Below, piece after piece: positions 37,000 to 37,742 of a stretch of 37,742 nt of DNA (position 1 is its first letter; each line of letters begins with the position of its first letter). The notes below the pieces were generated by a model. It was not told the origin of the DNA, ran no database searches, and was given only the letters and a program-made list of their open reading frames with translations. This DNA is from Caulobacterales bacterium (GTDB taxonomy: Bacteria; Pseudomonadota; Alphaproteobacteria; Caulobacterales; Caulobacteraceae), in contig JBBQOK010000001.1 of assembly GCA_038330765.1 (NCBI GenBank), forward strand, positions 1 to 37,742. Direction: 5' to 3'. The translations under genes and the position numbers were made by a program.

Positions 37000-37296
37000 A
37001 TGCCACGGTTTCGGAAACGTTACAGCTCGTCTGATCGTGTGAGATTTGCGGCCTTGGTGGTGGTGATCTCGGTTGGCGCTTTCGCGGTCACGCTCTTTGC
37101 CGTCACCCCTGACGCACCGGGCAAGCCGCAATTGTACCGCTACGTCGAAACCCGCACCACGGACCAGCACTTCAGCGGCTGCAGGGCGGCCCGGGCCGCA
37201 GGGCGGCAGAACATTCCGGCTAGCGACCCGTCCTATCGCTCCTTTATGGATGGCGACGACGATGGCCTAGCCTGCGAGCCCTATCCCGGTCGCTAG
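37000..37296 (+). CDS. Excalibur calcium-binding domain protein
   Basis: N-terminal TM, then FSGCRAARAAG..NI...DPSY...MDGDDDGLACE. Confidence 0.85.
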   Translation: MPRFRKRYSSSDRVRFAALVVVISVGAFAVTLFAVTPDAPGKPQLYRYVETRTTDQHFSGCRAARAAGRQNIPASDPSYRSFMDGDDDGLACEPYPGR

Positions 37297-37309
37297 ACAG
37301 ACCGGAGCG

Positions 37310-37742
37310 TCACGCCCGCCTGATCGTCACATACAGCGCCCCGTCGCCGCCATGGTGGCGGGCGGCGGCGGCGAAGCCCGAGACCACACCGCGCAGGGCC
37401 GGACCCTGCAGCCATTCGTGGACCGAGGCGCGGATCACGCCGGGGCCGCCGCGCCTCCCCTGCCCGGTCACCACCAGCACCGATCGATAACCGCGCGCCT
37501 GCGCCCCGATCAGAAAGGCGGTCAGGGCGTCCTGGGCCTGGAAGCGGCCGTAGCCGTGCAGGTCGATGCGGGCCTCGATCGGATCGCGCTCGCGCGACAG
37601 GCGGCGCTGGCGGCGGGGCTCCAACTCTTCCGGCAGGCCGCGCTGGCGGGCGGGCGCGGCGGTTGGTGGAGAATAAGGGATGGCGACGCCGCGGGGCCTG
37701 ACGGGCCCCTTCGGAAGCGGCGCGGCGGGCGGTTCGGGATCG
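37310..37742 (-). CDS. Smr/MutS2 C-terminal domain protein, 5'-partial
   Basis: RIDLHG, VLVVTGQG, HHGGDGALYV. The frame stays open (Pro-rich linker) to the window end. Confidence 0.9.
   Translation of the reverse strand, partial: DPEPPAAPLPKGPVRPRGVAIPYSPPTAAPARQRGLPEELEPRRQRRLSRERDPIEARIDLHGYGRFQAQDALTAFLIGAQARGYRSVLVVTGQGRRGGPGVIRASVHEWLQGPALRGVVSGFAAAARHHGGDGALYVTIRRA

Noticed and set aside
1-37742. CRISPR arrays, tRNA/rRNA genes, transposases or prophage genes
   Set aside because: No regularly spaced repeats, cloverleaf-like sequences or mobile-element proteins were seen. Nearly all sequence is explained by coding genes.

Overview
The window joins two unrelated DNAs, mid-gene, at about 7969/7970. 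Positions 1-7969 are AT-rich (roughly 40% GC by eye) and Bacteroidota-like, with A-rich leaders lacking Shine-Dalgarno sequences and a T9SS C-terminal domain. They carry five co-oriented glycan-degradation genes: a 5'-partial GH31, a divergent GH29/GHL6-like lipoprotein, a beta-helix T9SS cargo protein (GH141-like), a GH29 alpha-L-fucosidase and a GH63/MGH1-like hydrolase cut at the junction. Positions 7970-37742 are GC-rich (roughly 68-70% by eye) Caulobacteraceae (Brevundimonas-like) core chromosome. In order: 5'-truncated rsuA, trpF, trpB, a small secreted protein, trpA, accD, DoxX, folC; then on the minus strand trxA, addA, addB, murU, amgK, tsaE and an acyltransferase; then an S9 peptidase, AsmA, esterase, amn, a 51-aa small protein, phasin, creatininase family, nth, ATP-grasp, adenosine kinase, excalibur and Smr. 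Both genes at the junction are truncated and no mobile-element signature is visible, so a chimeric or mis-assembled contig is the best explanation. Non-coding highlights are a CIR/RIME-like double-hairpin element with a central GANTC, a SahR-like palindrome upstream of adenosine kinase, and an RpoH-like promoter with three GANTC sites upstream of trxA. I found no convincing novel multi-gene system. The best candidates for novelty are the uncharacterised glycan enzymes and several small or unannotated proteins. All family calls come from motif recognition, not database searches.
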